A stretch of DNA of 64,000 nucleotides from Minisyncoccota bacterium (GCA_021734945.1 JAIPIA010000002.1:194829-258828); one strand, 5' to 3'; positions 51,081-60,408 are shown, counted from the stretch's first letter. Notes: generated by a model from the letters alone, not told the origin. Made by a program: numbers and translations.

Positions 51081-51989
51081 TTAAAGCATCGCACTGAACT
51101 TCGTGCCAGTGAGAGCAAGACCCCAGAAACCTTTTGTTCTGACCAATTTCTGAGTATCTTCCCCATCGAAGCTGTTTGGGAGATGTGTCAGAAACATCTT
51201 ACTTTTTGCATCGACAGGCAGAGTGACAAGTGAATCAAATGGCGCATGTACTGGATCATTAGGAAACGGTGATGCATCATGAATCATCACTTTACAACGT
51301 GGAGCATACGACTTGATCAGACCCGCGTCGAAGCGAGTGTCACCTGAAATCCAGATCAAATCATTAATCAGAACTCCAGTGCTCCAAGCTGATTCTTGCC
51401 ATGATGAAGCGACAGCCGGTGTGTGCATGGTTCGGAAAGCCTCGATCTTGAAACTTCCTTTTTTGAACTGATAGATATCTCTGTCTGCGAAGGAACTGTC
51501 CTCCGTAGGCAAAAGAATGTCGTACCAGCGGTTTGAGGGCAAAGTTTTGAGGTCGTCTCCACCTTCATCCTTCGAGGACCTCAACGAATCGTGTGAGGAC
51601 AATCCGCCTGATAGACTATTGTTCCACAGATCTTGTGCCCAAGTGCGAGGAGCCCACAATGTGGCTTTGGCACCAGGGACATTACCGCGGAAATAGCGGT
51701 TATCGATGAGCATCCGATCGAGACCACCTATGTGATCTCCATGAGCATGAGTGATAAAGAAGTTTGAAATCGAAGCAGGATTGATTCCAAACCGAGTGAA
51801 CGACGCAGGAACGTTGTAGCCGCAGTCGATAAGTAAAGATTCCTTACCGAGAACAGCAATGAAACTCGTGTGCGTGTTTGCCTGCGCGGCCCCGTGACCA
51901 ATAGCATAGACTTCGAGCTGACTGCCGTCGTTTTGAAGCGAGACAGCACTAAACTGCGTAACTTTAACATGGGCTGGTTTGATTTTCAT
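51081..51989 (-). CDS. MBL-fold hydrolase (RNase Z/cyclic-nucleotide phosphodiesterase-like)
   Basis: LIDCG, THAHGDHIGG, SGDTR, IHD, VHA, THL. Confidence 0.85.
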   Translation of the reverse strand: MKIKPAHVKVTQFSAVSLQNDGSQLEVYAIGHGAAQANTHTSFIAVLGKESLLIDCGYNVPASFTRFGINPASISNFFITHAHGDHIGGLDRMLIDNRYFRGNVPGAKATLWAPRTWAQDLWNNSLSGGLSSHDSLRSSKDEGGDDLKTLPSNRWYDILLPTEDSSFADRDIYQFKKGSFKIEAFRTMHTPAVASSWQESAWSTGVLINDLIWISGDTRFDAGLIKSYAPRCKVMIHDASPFPNDPVHAPFDSLVTLPVDAKSKMFLTHLPNSFDGEDTQKLVRTKGFWGLALTGTKFSAML

Positions 51990-52278
51990 AGAACTATGAG
52001 CTTTCGCTCGGGTTGGTTGGTTTGGATTTTCTGAATAGAATGGAGTCTAGTTGCACCAGACTTTTCTAAATTGTGTTGTCTGAGGTTCTTCTAGACGTCA
52101 CCCTGACGTCACCTCTATATCTGTATTTCTAACTATAATTCTAGTACCTGCGTAGTTTGGCGCAATAATTTATGTCGAACTTTTCGTCTAAAATTATTGA
52201 TTTAACAATAGTGAGGCGTATAATAAAGTAAGTACTGAAAGGTGGCGAATTCAATAAAAAATTAAATACAATAAAAAT

Positions 52279-53028
52279 ATGACTGAACTTATTGAACTAA
52301 TTAAAAACAGTGGGTTAACAGAGAAAGAATCAAAAATATATCTTGCGGCTTTAGAACTGGGAGAAGGAACAGTACAAGATATATCTAAAAAATCTGGAGT
52401 TGTTCGTACTTCCCTATACTATATTATCGAACGACTTGTGAGAGAAGGCTTTCTTATTGAAACAAAAAGAAACCGTAAAAACTTTTACATGGCTTGCCCA
52501 CCAATGGATGTAGCAACAAAACTTCGTCAGAGAATTCGTGAATTTGAGACGCACATAAATATTCTCGAAGCGCGACGTGGTGCTCTATATAAGAGACCAC
52601 GTATGTATTTCTTGCATGGTCCGAGTGGTTTCAAAGAAGCTTGGAATATTATTTTTAAATCTGATCCACGCGAATATTCTATAATCACGGAGGGACTCAA
52701 CTTTCTCGATTATGTGAAGGCAAAGTATATTGTGACTGAAATAATTTCTCAGAAGAAAAAACTCGGAGTACGCAGTAAACAAATGATCATCGATTCACCT
52801 TATGCACGTGAACATATTTTACCTAAAGATAAATTGGAAAATAGAAAAAGCCGACTACTCCCCCGAGGTATGAGACTTGGTTTTACAGAAGTAATATGTC
52901 CGAAGCTTGTTGCTTTTATTTCACCAAAATACAATGATAGTATTTTTATAATCGAAGATGCAGTGTTCGCTGAAACACGTAAGGTACTGTTTGATCAGTT
53001 GTGGTATACGTTGCCGGAGGTGAAGTAA
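52279..53028 (+). CDS. TrmB-family transcriptional regulator
   Basis: SGLTEKESKIYLAALELG..VVRTSLYYII. Confidence 0.9.
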   Translation: MTELIELIKNSGLTEKESKIYLAALELGEGTVQDISKKSGVVRTSLYYIIERLVREGFLIETKRNRKNFYMACPPMDVATKLRQRIREFETHINILEARRGALYKRPRMYFLHGPSGFKEAWNIIFKSDPREYSIITEGLNFLDYVKAKYIVTEIISQKKKLGVRSKQMIIDSPYAREHILPKDKLENRKSRLLPRGMRLGFTEVICPKLVAFISPKYNDSIFIIEDAVFAETRKVLFDQLWYTLPEVK

Positions 53029-53066
53029 GAAACAGCAGGTGGAAAAGGAGAGAATATTGATAAAAT

Positions 53067-53100
53067 AAAAACCGCCAACCTTTGAGATTGGCGGTTTTTT
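53067..53100. terminator. Bidirectional terminator between convergent genes
   Basis: AAAACCGCCAA..TTGGCGGTTTTTT. Confidence 0.85.
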
Positions 53101-53126
53101 AATGCAAATTGAAAAGATATGAGAAA

Positions 53127-53969
53127 TTATTTAAACTGCTTCACAACCTCTTCAAAAGGCATACCATAGTTGAAACCAGGATCCTGATCTTGAAGTCTCC
53201 CTCGGCTACTTTTATCGTATTTCGGGTGATTCTTGAGTGAGAAAAAAACCACCATTGAGTAGCGACCTGCATTCGCCGTTTCTTGATTTGCTACAACACG
53301 GTGACAGAGAGCATTGATTTTACCTTCAGAAACATACTGAAGTTGGTAACCTGGAAAGATTACCGTCTCAGTCTCAGACACCGGTGTGTCAAACCACTCT
53401 TTATCACCATAACTTAGACCTTGGAGCCCTGGGGCACTTTCGAACAAGTGAAATGTAAAAGCACTCTTATCAATATGAGACACAGCAGTACTCTCACCTA
53501 CCTTACGCTCACCTGGATAGTACAGAAACCGTACAAACCAAGTACCCATACTTGCCGAAACTTCATTCATAAAATTGTCGATACCGAAGTGAGTTTCAAC
53601 ATCATGTGCAAATGACAAGACTGAAGGAGAAAGACGGCCGATCAACTCTCCTGCCGCATCGACAAGAGTACGCGACACCCCTTGCAGCTCAGTATTTTCA
53701 AGTCCACAAATTGCATCATTCAAAACATCGGCACCATCAAACGTAAAATGAAAATCTTTCTTTCGGTCATCTGTTGGTCCAGTTCCTTGTTGATGTTCAT
53801 AGCCAACTCCATTTTTGTATGGAAATTGATCAGTGACTGAATCAGAAAGACTAACAAATTTCTTCCAAGATTCCAGAGCTTTTTTTACAGCAGTACGCAA
53901 ATCTGTAGGATAAGCCAATCTGTACAGCCCATTAGTTCTGAATCCTTCAATTGATTGTTTTGTTTCCAT
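53127..53969 (-). CDS. 2-oxoglutarate/Fe(II)-dependent oxygenase (IPNS-like)
   Basis: RFLYYP..HIDKSAFT..GLQ..HRVV..RYS (HxD..H..RxS). Confidence 0.85.
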   Translation of the reverse strand: METKQSIEGFRTNGLYRLAYPTDLRTAVKKALESWKKFVSLSDSVTDQFPYKNGVGYEHQQGTGPTDDRKKDFHFTFDGADVLNDAICGLENTELQGVSRTLVDAAGELIGRLSPSVLSFAHDVETHFGIDNFMNEVSASMGTWFVRFLYYPGERKVGESTAVSHIDKSAFTFHLFESAPGLQGLSYGDKEWFDTPVSETETVIFPGYQLQYVSEGKINALCHRVVANQETANAGRYSMVVFFSLKNHPKYDKSSRGRLQDQDPGFNYGMPFEEVVKQFK

Positions 53970-54173
53970 ATTAAAGTTTGTTTTAAGTTTGTTTGTTTAA
54001 ATATTGAGGCAACGATAAGAGTCACTTATTAGGGTCACTAACAAGAACTAATTGTTCCGCGGGAATAGTAACTTGTAAACAAAAGCAAAAAAAGCGAGGA
54101 CTTCCTCGGTAAAAATAGTCATATTTTAGAACACTAAATAGAATAAATAAGGTGTCTATTTTCAATCTAACAC

Positions 54174-54923
54174 CTAGGGCTGCTTTTCGCCTTTTTTCTC
54201 AACTTCACTGTATAAGAAAGGTAAATCGTATATAGTTCCATCTTTTACTGCTTGTATTACCATAGCAATCATTTCGATACAATCGAAAGTATCATATGCT
54301 TCATTTTCTAAAGCTTTTTCAATAGGTACCCACATATTTTCCCCAAACTCTGTTGAGATAAGCTCACCACCTGTTATACAGTCTGAATATGCAATTGGGA
54401 AAAATAAATCTGAAAATAATTCATCTTTCACATACATTATTCTTCGTTCAATCCCGATAAGTTTAAACTCTGCCTCAAGTCCTGTTTCTTGCTTTAGTTT
54501 TCGGGAAGCTGCAGTTAAGGTATTCTCACCTTTCCAAATAACACCTCCCATTACGCCAATCTTTCCATACGATGGGTTTGATTTTCGAAGTTGATTGAGA
54601 ATTTCAATTTTTCCATCTACAACTCGCGATACTATTGTAATTACATTTGCCTTGAATAAACTTGTAATAACCTTACTGTCTGAAAGAATAGGATCTGCCA
54701 TATGCTTAACACCCAACTCCGAAAGAGCATAACCTTCTGACTCGCCTGTCTTTCCGAGCTTTTCTATAAAACCTTTTTTTACCAAAAACTGGAGATGATA
54801 ATTAAAGAGGTCATTTTGAATACGATACTCCGGCATAAGTTCACTGTATCTTAAAGATTTTGCATTCTTTAGCTTTGAAAGAATATGATTTTGAATTGGA
54901 GAAAATCCGCTATTAATAGACAT
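54174..54923 (-). CDS. wHTH plus degenerate NUDIX-domain protein (putative regulator)
   Basis: LRYSEL..FNYHLQFLVKKGFIEK; GGVIWKGENTLTAASRKLKQETGL. Confidence 0.75.
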   Translation of the reverse strand: MSINSGFSPIQNHILSKLKNAKSLRYSELMPEYRIQNDLFNYHLQFLVKKGFIEKLGKTGESEGYALSELGVKHMADPILSDSKVITSLFKANVITIVSRVVDGKIEILNQLRKSNPSYGKIGVMGGVIWKGENTLTAASRKLKQETGLEAEFKLIGIERRIMYVKDELFSDLFFPIAYSDCITGGELISTEFGENMWVPIEKALENEAYDTFDCIEMIAMVIQAVKDGTIYDLPFLYSEVEKKGEKQP

Positions 54924-55069
54924 AAGTGTCCTAAAATTAACATAATATAGACTTATAACAAAGCTGTTTCCTTCACAAAAAAAACACCCATTTCTGGGTA
55001 TTTTTTCATCTATCAAAATCAAGATCTGATTGGAGTAGGTTGAGCCTGAGCTTCGGCTTTGTATAGAGA

Positions 55070-56341
55070 CTAGTACTCTCTCATAGACAACTGAGCGTCT
55101 ACTTTCTTTACGATATCGAGAACTACTGATACTACGATAAGAAGTCCTGTACCACCAACAGTAAGGTATGAAATACCTGTAATAGCCTTGAGAACCGGTG
55201 GAAGCACCGCCACAAGTGCTAGGAAGAGCGCACCAACGAGAGTGATACGAGTTACCACCTTACCAAGATACGCCTCTGTAGACTCACCAGGACGCACGCC
55301 AGGGATAAATGCTCCACCCTTCTGAAGATTCTCAGATATAGACTTTGGGTCGAACGTAACTGCTGTATAGAAGAATGTGAAGAAGAATACAAGTACAAAG
55401 TAAGCGCCAGCGTAGAACCATGGGTTAGCCATCAAATCAGTAACAATAAGAGCTAACTTATCTATTGCAGGATAATGCAAATATGTAAGGAAGTTCAATA
55501 CCATCTGTGGAAGCAAGAGAAGTGAGAGAGCAAAGATGATAGGGATAACTCCAGCTTGGTTAAGTCGAAGTGGAAGGTATGTAGAAGTACCACCATGAGT
55601 CTGACCACCTCGTATCTGCTTTGCATATGTTACTGGAATAGGTCGTTCTGCTTCTGTAATATATACAACCAAAAGCACCATAAGGAGCGCTAGTGCACCA
55701 AGTGCGATATATGTAAACAAATCTTCAATCTGGAATGCATAGAAAATCTGAGATGCAACTTGTGGGACAACAGCAACGATACCAGCAAAGATAATCATTG
55801 AGAGACCGTTACCGATACCGAACTCTGTCATAACCTCACCAAGCCACATGAGGAATACTGAACCAGCTACGATAACTAGTACGTTTGTAAGAAGAGAAAA
55901 TGAATCAAGTGAGGCTACGATACCTTGTCGCTGTAAGAGTACGATGAATCCGAAAGCCTGTGCAAATGCAAGAGGAACAGAAAGGAGTCGTGAATACTGT
56001 GAAAACTTTTTTCGCCCAATAGCACCCTCTTCCTGGTACATAGACTTAAGCTTTGGAGACATCATAGTCAAAAGCTGCATAATAATAGAAGCAGTAATGT
56101 ATGGGCCTACACCGAGCATTACGATAGAGAGAGTAGAAAGTCCTCCTCCTGAGAAAATATTTAAAAGACCGAAAAATTGGTTACTATCTAAAAACTGTGA
56201 AAGAGCAGTTTGGTCTACTCCAGGGATTGGGATAACTGAAAGAACACGGAATGCTGCAAGAATACCCAAAACAAAAAGAACCTGTTTTCGTAAGGCTGAA
56301 TCCTGAAAAATGTGCTTTATTTTCTGTATGAAATTTGACAT
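55070..56341 (-). CDS. secY: Preprotein translocase subunit SecY
   Basis: LGVGPYITASII, GIGNGLS, AGVIPIIFA, IPGVRPG. Confidence 0.98.
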   Translation of the reverse strand: MSNFIQKIKHIFQDSALRKQVLFVLGILAAFRVLSVIPIPGVDQTALSQFLDSNQFFGLLNIFSGGGLSTLSIVMLGVGPYITASIIMQLLTMMSPKLKSMYQEEGAIGRKKFSQYSRLLSVPLAFAQAFGFIVLLQRQGIVASLDSFSLLTNVLVIVAGSVFLMWLGEVMTEFGIGNGLSMIIFAGIVAVVPQVASQIFYAFQIEDLFTYIALGALALLMVLLVVYITEAERPIPVTYAKQIRGGQTHGGTSTYLPLRLNQAGVIPIIFALSLLLLPQMVLNFLTYLHYPAIDKLALIVTDLMANPWFYAGAYFVLVFFFTFFYTAVTFDPKSISENLQKGGAFIPGVRPGESTEAYLGKVVTRITLVGALFLALVAVLPPVLKAITGISYLTVGGTGLLIVVSVVLDIVKKVDAQLSMREY

Positions 56342-56424
56342 AGTAGGTTAATTAACTGAACCGTTGTAAGAAGCTTATAGAAAAATATCTGCTAACTTTA
56401 CATAGTTTAACCACTATGCGAAGA

Positions 56425-56865
56425 CTACGCCTCTATCTTTCCACCAGCCTTTTCAATCTTTGCTTTTGCAGGAGCTGAGACTTCACAATCTCGGAACCGA
56501 AGCGCAACTGATACTTCACCGAGTGATAGAATTTTAACACGAGGATACCGTCCGTGAACAGTAGACAAAATACCCTTATCTACAATAGTTTTTGGAGATA
56601 CAATATCGTTTGCTTTGAAATCTGCAAACATAGAAAGATTTAGAGGTACAGCATCTTTCTGAATAGACTTGTTTGAGTTGACACCACGACCTCGAAGCTT
56701 TGGAAGTCGTTTGATCATATCTCGAATCTCAGGTCGAATCTTGTGACCAGCTCGAGCTTTCTGACCTTTTGTTCCTCGTCCAGAAGTTTTACCACGCTTG
56801 CCACCTCGGCCAACTTGGATCTTCTTCATATTTTCAGTTTTTCGTTTTAGGTTGTGGTTTTGCAT
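56425..56865 (-). CDS. rplO: 50S ribosomal protein L15
   Basis: GRGGKRGKTSGRGTKGQKAR..KIEKAGG. Confidence 0.95.
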   Translation of the reverse strand: MQNHNLKRKTENMKKIQVGRGGKRGKTSGRGTKGQKARAGHKIRPEIRDMIKRLPKLRGRGVNSNKSIQKDAVPLNLSMFADFKANDIVSPKTIVDKGILSTVHGRYPRVKILSLGEVSVALRFRDCEVSAPAKAKIEKAGGKIEA

Positions 56866-56900
56866 GGCAATTTTTAAAAAATCTTTTAATAGATACTGGA

Positions 56901-57617
56901 TTATTTACTATAAGTTCGAGGTTTCTTGAGCATCTTCAATGCCTCAATAGCTACTCGCGCGTTATTGAGTTTGTTTTTTGTACCTGATCGGAGTTTTGCA
57001 GTAATGTTTTTGATACCTGCAAGTTCGATAACATCTCGTACAGAACTTCCTGCTACTACACCCTTACCAGGAGCTGGCATCATGTGTACAACTGAAGCAC
57101 CAAACTTCTTTACAACTTCGTGAGGAATACTATGAGTCTTTGTAAGTGAAAGAGTGATCATGTTCTTCTTTGCACTTCGGAGAGCTTTGTCTACAGCAAG
57201 AGATGTATCACCTCCCTTTCCTGTTCCTACTCCTACTTTACCTTTTCGGTCTCCAGCAACAAGAGATACAGCAAAACTAAATCGTCGTCCTCCTGATGCC
57301 ACTCGAGTTACTCGTCGAATGTCGATAATCTTCTGATCAAATTCTGGCTTAGCTCGTGGTTCTCGTCGTGGGCCACCTCGTCGGTCTCCACCTGCTCCAG
57401 GTGCTCCTCGTCCAGGACCTCGTGAATCATTAGAGCCTCGTCCTCCAGGTGCATTTCGTCGTGGGCCGTTTGAAAAAGTTCTAGGAGCAAAACCAGCAGA
57501 TGCAGGCTTAGCAACAGGTGCTGTTGATGCAACAACAGGCGCAGCTGTAGCCTCAGTAGCTTCTACTACTGCTTCTTTTATAATTTCTTCGTTTGTATCT
57601 TTAATTTGATCAGACAT
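56901..57617 (-). CDS. rpsE: 30S ribosomal protein S5
   Basis: RRVTRVASGGRRFSF; Gly/Arg-rich N-terminal extension. Confidence 0.96.
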   Translation of the reverse strand: MSDQIKDTNEEIIKEAVVEATEATAAPVVASTAPVAKPASAGFAPRTFSNGPRRNAPGGRGSNDSRGPGRGAPGAGGDRRGGPRREPRAKPEFDQKIIDIRRVTRVASGGRRFSFAVSLVAGDRKGKVGVGTGKGGDTSLAVDKALRSAKKNMITLSLTKTHSIPHEVVKKFGASVVHMMPAPGKGVVAGSSVRDVIELAGIKNITAKLRSGTKNKLNNARVAIEALKMLKKPRTYSK

Positions 57618-57626
57618 ATATGTGTA

Positions 57627-57971
57627 TTAAAATTGTAGTCCACCTTCTCGAGCACCATCTGCTAGAGCCTTAATTCGACCTGTGTAAATAAATCCTCCTC
57701 GGTCAAACACTACTTTAGCAATATTTTTAGCCTGAGCCAATTTTGCTATTTCGATACCTACAGCATGAGCTGAGGTTGTTTTGTTACCCTTTATTTCAGC
57801 CGATGAAGCAGCAGCCAAAGTAACAGCATGTTCATCATCGATGAGCTGAGCATAAGTTGCTGTATTTGACTTGTACACTGAAAGACGTGGGCAAAGTGCT
57901 GTACCCGAAATCTTTGATCGGATTCGCTTTCGTCGTCTGTCTCTTGGTGTTGAAATTATTGACTGCTTCAT
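57627..57971 (-). CDS. rplR: 50S ribosomal protein L18
   Basis: PRLSVYKSN..VVFDRGG..AREGGLQF. Confidence 0.96.
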   Translation of the reverse strand: MKQSIISTPRDRRRKRIRSKISGTALCPRLSVYKSNTATYAQLIDDEHAVTLAAASSAEIKGNKTTSAHAVGIEIAKLAQAKNIAKVVFDRGGFIYTGRIKALADGAREGGLQF

Positions 57972-58002
57972 GATGATAAATTTATCTAATTATAGCTATT
58001 GA

Positions 58003-58539
58003 TTATGCTGCTTTCTTACCCTGCTTTCGCTTGATAACTTCCTTCTCATATCGGAAACCTTTACCCTTGTATGGTTCTGGCTTCTTCAATGCTCGAATCT
58101 GTGATGCGAACTGAGTTACTTTTTCTTTGTCAGCTCCTGTTATAGTTACGATACCCTTTTCAGATGTAGCGGCTACTCCAGCAGGAATCTCTACCTTTAC
58201 AGGATGAGAGAAACCAAGAGCAAGATTTATAGTTGAACCAACTACATCTGCCTTGTATCCAATACCTTCGAGAATTAGTTTTTCAGTGTATCCCTCAGTA
58301 ACACCCTTGATCATGTTTGAGATGTGAGAAGAGTAAGTTCCCCAAAGAGCTGAAGTAGCGATGTCTTTTTTCTGTGGAACAAGAGTAATCTCGTTACCAT
58401 TGATATTGATAGCAATAACAGTTTTGAAAGCTCGCTTAAGTTCTGCTTTAGGTCCTTTTACAGTCAAAACACCATCAGAAGCAAGTGTGACTTCTGTTTT
58501 TGCTGGTATTTCGATTGTTCGTTTTCCTACTCGTGACAT
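58003..58539 (-). CDS. rplF: 50S ribosomal protein L6
   Basis: MSRVGK..PEPYKGKG. Confidence 0.97.
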   Translation of the reverse strand: MSRVGKRTIEIPAKTEVTLASDGVLTVKGPKAELKRAFKTVIAININGNEITLVPQKKDIATSALWGTYSSHISNMIKGVTEGYTEKLILEGIGYKADVVGSTINLALGFSHPVKVEIPAGVAATSEKGIVTITGADKEKVTQFASQIRALKKPEPYKGKGFRYEKEVIKRKQGKKAA

Positions 58540-58586
58540 GATGGTTGAATGAATTTATTAAATATTACTGATTGCTTCTGATTCTG

Positions 58587-58979
58587 TTACCAGATTTTGA
58601 AGAGTGCTTCTCCTCCGATTTTTGCCTTTCGAGCGTCTCGGTCTGTCATAACTCCACTTGGAGTAGTGAGGATGAGAAGTCCGTAGCCATTTCGTACAGA
58701 GTGAACATCGTCAGCTTTGAAATAAAGCTTTCGAGAACCTTTAGAAACAAGCTGGACGCCTTCAATTTTAGGCTTACCATCTGCTTCATAAGCAAGTTCT
58801 ACTTCTATAGTCTTGATTACTTTTTTTCCTTTCTTTGCAAAAGACTTGATGAAACCTTCCTTTTGTAAAACTGTGAAGATAGCTTCACGGAATTTTGAAT
58901 GAGGAAAAGTTACAATCTCCTTCTTTGCAAGATTTGAAACTTTTAAATTATTTGCGAGTGATGCGATTACGTCTACCAT
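58587..58979 (-). CDS. rpsH: 30S ribosomal protein S8
   Basis: EGFIK..ILTTPSGVMT..IGGE. Confidence 0.95.
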   Translation of the reverse strand: MVDVIASLANNLKVSNLAKKEIVTFPHSKFREAIFTVLQKEGFIKSFAKKGKKVIKTIEVELAYEADGKPKIEGVQLVSKGSRKLYFKADDVHSVRNGYGLLILTTPSGVMTDRDARKAKIGGEALFKIW

Positions 58980-59158
58980 GATGCTTTTTTAATACCTGGA
59001 ATTAAACCTTCGTTTGCTGCCTCTCTGAAACAGATACGGCACATGTCGAAGTCTCTCATGTAGCCACGACCACGACCACATCTAAAACATCGTCGAGTTA
59101 CTCGACTCTTGAATTTAGGTGTTTTTTTAGATCTTGCTACTGTTGATGTTTTGGCCAT
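58973..59158 (-). CDS. rpsZ: 30S ribosomal protein S14, zinc-binding type Z
   Basis: CFRCGR..CRICFRE; 61 aa. Confidence 0.95.
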   Translation of the reverse strand: MAKTSTVARSKKTPKFKSRVTRRCFRCGRGRGYMRDFDMCRICFREAANEGLIPGIKKASW

Positions 59159-59185
59159 ATAAGTTGTTCGTTGATGCTAACAATT

Positions 59186-59740
59186 CTACTTCACTGTGTC
59201 AATCTTTTTGAATAAAAATCCGAGTTGTTTCATCACTTCTTCTGTTTCTGCTTTTGTTTTTGAAGTAGTAACGATAGTCACTGCGAAACCGAATACGTCT
59301 TTGATATCTTCATCTGAAGTCTCTGGGAACACTGTGTGTTCTTTGATACCAAGAGTATAGTTACCCATAGCGTCAATTGACTTAAGTTCAATACCTCGGA
59401 AGTCTCGAGTTCGAGGGAGTGCAATGTTTACAAGCTTCTCAAGGAAACTCCACATTCGCTCACCTCGAAGTGTAACCTGCCAACCCACAGGATCACCCTG
59501 TCGAACTTTGAAACTCGCCACGGACTTCTTTGCAGCTTTGACAGTTGCCTTCTGGCCTGCGATCTTGTTAATTCGGTCACCGATGAGAGCTTTTCGCTTT
59601 GGATCCTTGATAGAGCCTGTTGTAGATGAAAGGATAACCTTTTCAATACGAGGAGCCTGAAGCATGTTCTTGTAACCGAACTTGCCCTTCATAGCTTCAA
59701 ATAGACCATTTTGTTTTTGTTTTGCTGTATCGTGTTTCAT
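59186..59740 (-). CDS. rplE: 50S ribosomal protein L5
   Basis: ALPRTRDFRG..GNYTLGIKEH. Confidence 0.96.
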   Translation of the reverse strand: MKHDTAKQKQNGLFEAMKGKFGYKNMLQAPRIEKVILSSTTGSIKDPKRKALIGDRINKIAGQKATVKAAKKSVASFKVRQGDPVGWQVTLRGERMWSFLEKLVNIALPRTRDFRGIELKSIDAMGNYTLGIKEHTVFPETSDEDIKDVFGFAVTIVTTSKTKAETEEVMKQLGFLFKKIDTVK

Positions 59741-59766
59741 GACAATTTGATTAATTATTTGATAGC

Positions 59767-59982
59767 TTAGATGGCTTTAACATTAGAAGCGTTCATAGGA
59801 GCTGAAATCTCAATAAGTTGACCTTTCTTATCTTTTGAAACAGCCTTTTTGTGCTTCTTTCGAAGATTCAAACCTTCAACAACAACAAGATTCTCCTTTG
59901 GCATAGCCTTAAGAATTTTTCCTGTCTTGCCTTTGTCCTTTCCGGCAATTACTTTTACGTTGTCTCCTTTTTTGATCTTCAT
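59767..59982 (-). CDS. rplX: 50S ribosomal protein L24 (short form)
   Basis: MKIKKGDNVKVIAGKDKGK; 71 aa. Confidence 0.94.
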   Translation of the reverse strand: MKIKKGDNVKVIAGKDKGKTGKILKAMPKENLVVVEGLNLRKKHKKAVSKDKKGQLIEISAPMNASNVKAI

Positions 59983-60027
59983 GTTATTTTTGTTAATTAT
60001 TGATTGGTTTAAATATCCTAAAATCGA

Positions 60028-60408
60028 CTATACGATTTCTGGTGCAAGTGAAGCAATCTTCTGATAACCTCGTTCTGCGAGTTCTCGTGGGATTGGACCG
60101 AAGATACGACCAGCCAATGGTTCTGTCTTATCCTTTCCACCTTTTGTAAGTACAACAACTGCATTTTCATCAAATCGAACATATGATCCGTCCTTTCGTC
60201 GATATGCTTTTCGCTGTCGAACTACTACACCAGTGAGGACGTCCTTTTTCTTTACAGCTTTTCGTGGCTGAGCCTTCTGTACTGAAAAAATTACCATATC
60301 ACCAATTTCAGCATATCGCTTCTTTGAACTTCCAAGCACTTTGAAAACTCGGCCAATTGTTGCCCCTGAGTTGTCTGCTATTGATACTAATGTTCGGTCT
60401 TGAATCAT
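60028..60408 (-). CDS. rplN: 50S ribosomal protein L14
   Basis: ADNSGA..FDENAVV..SLAPE. Confidence 0.97.
   Translation of the reverse strand: MIQDRTLVSIADNSGATIGRVFKVLGSSKKRYAEIGDMVIFSVQKAQPRKAVKKKDVLTGVVVRQRKAYRRKDGSYVRFDENAVVVLTKGGKDKTEPLAGRIFGPIPRELAERGYQKIASLAPEIV

Noticed and set aside
54010-54045. Guanidine-II-like tandem hairpins
   Set aside because: Loops are TGACY rather than ACGR, and the stems are weak.
27648-55069. Integron array, prophage or CRISPR array
   Set aside because: No integrase, recognisable attC sites, phage genes or regularly spaced repeats seen.
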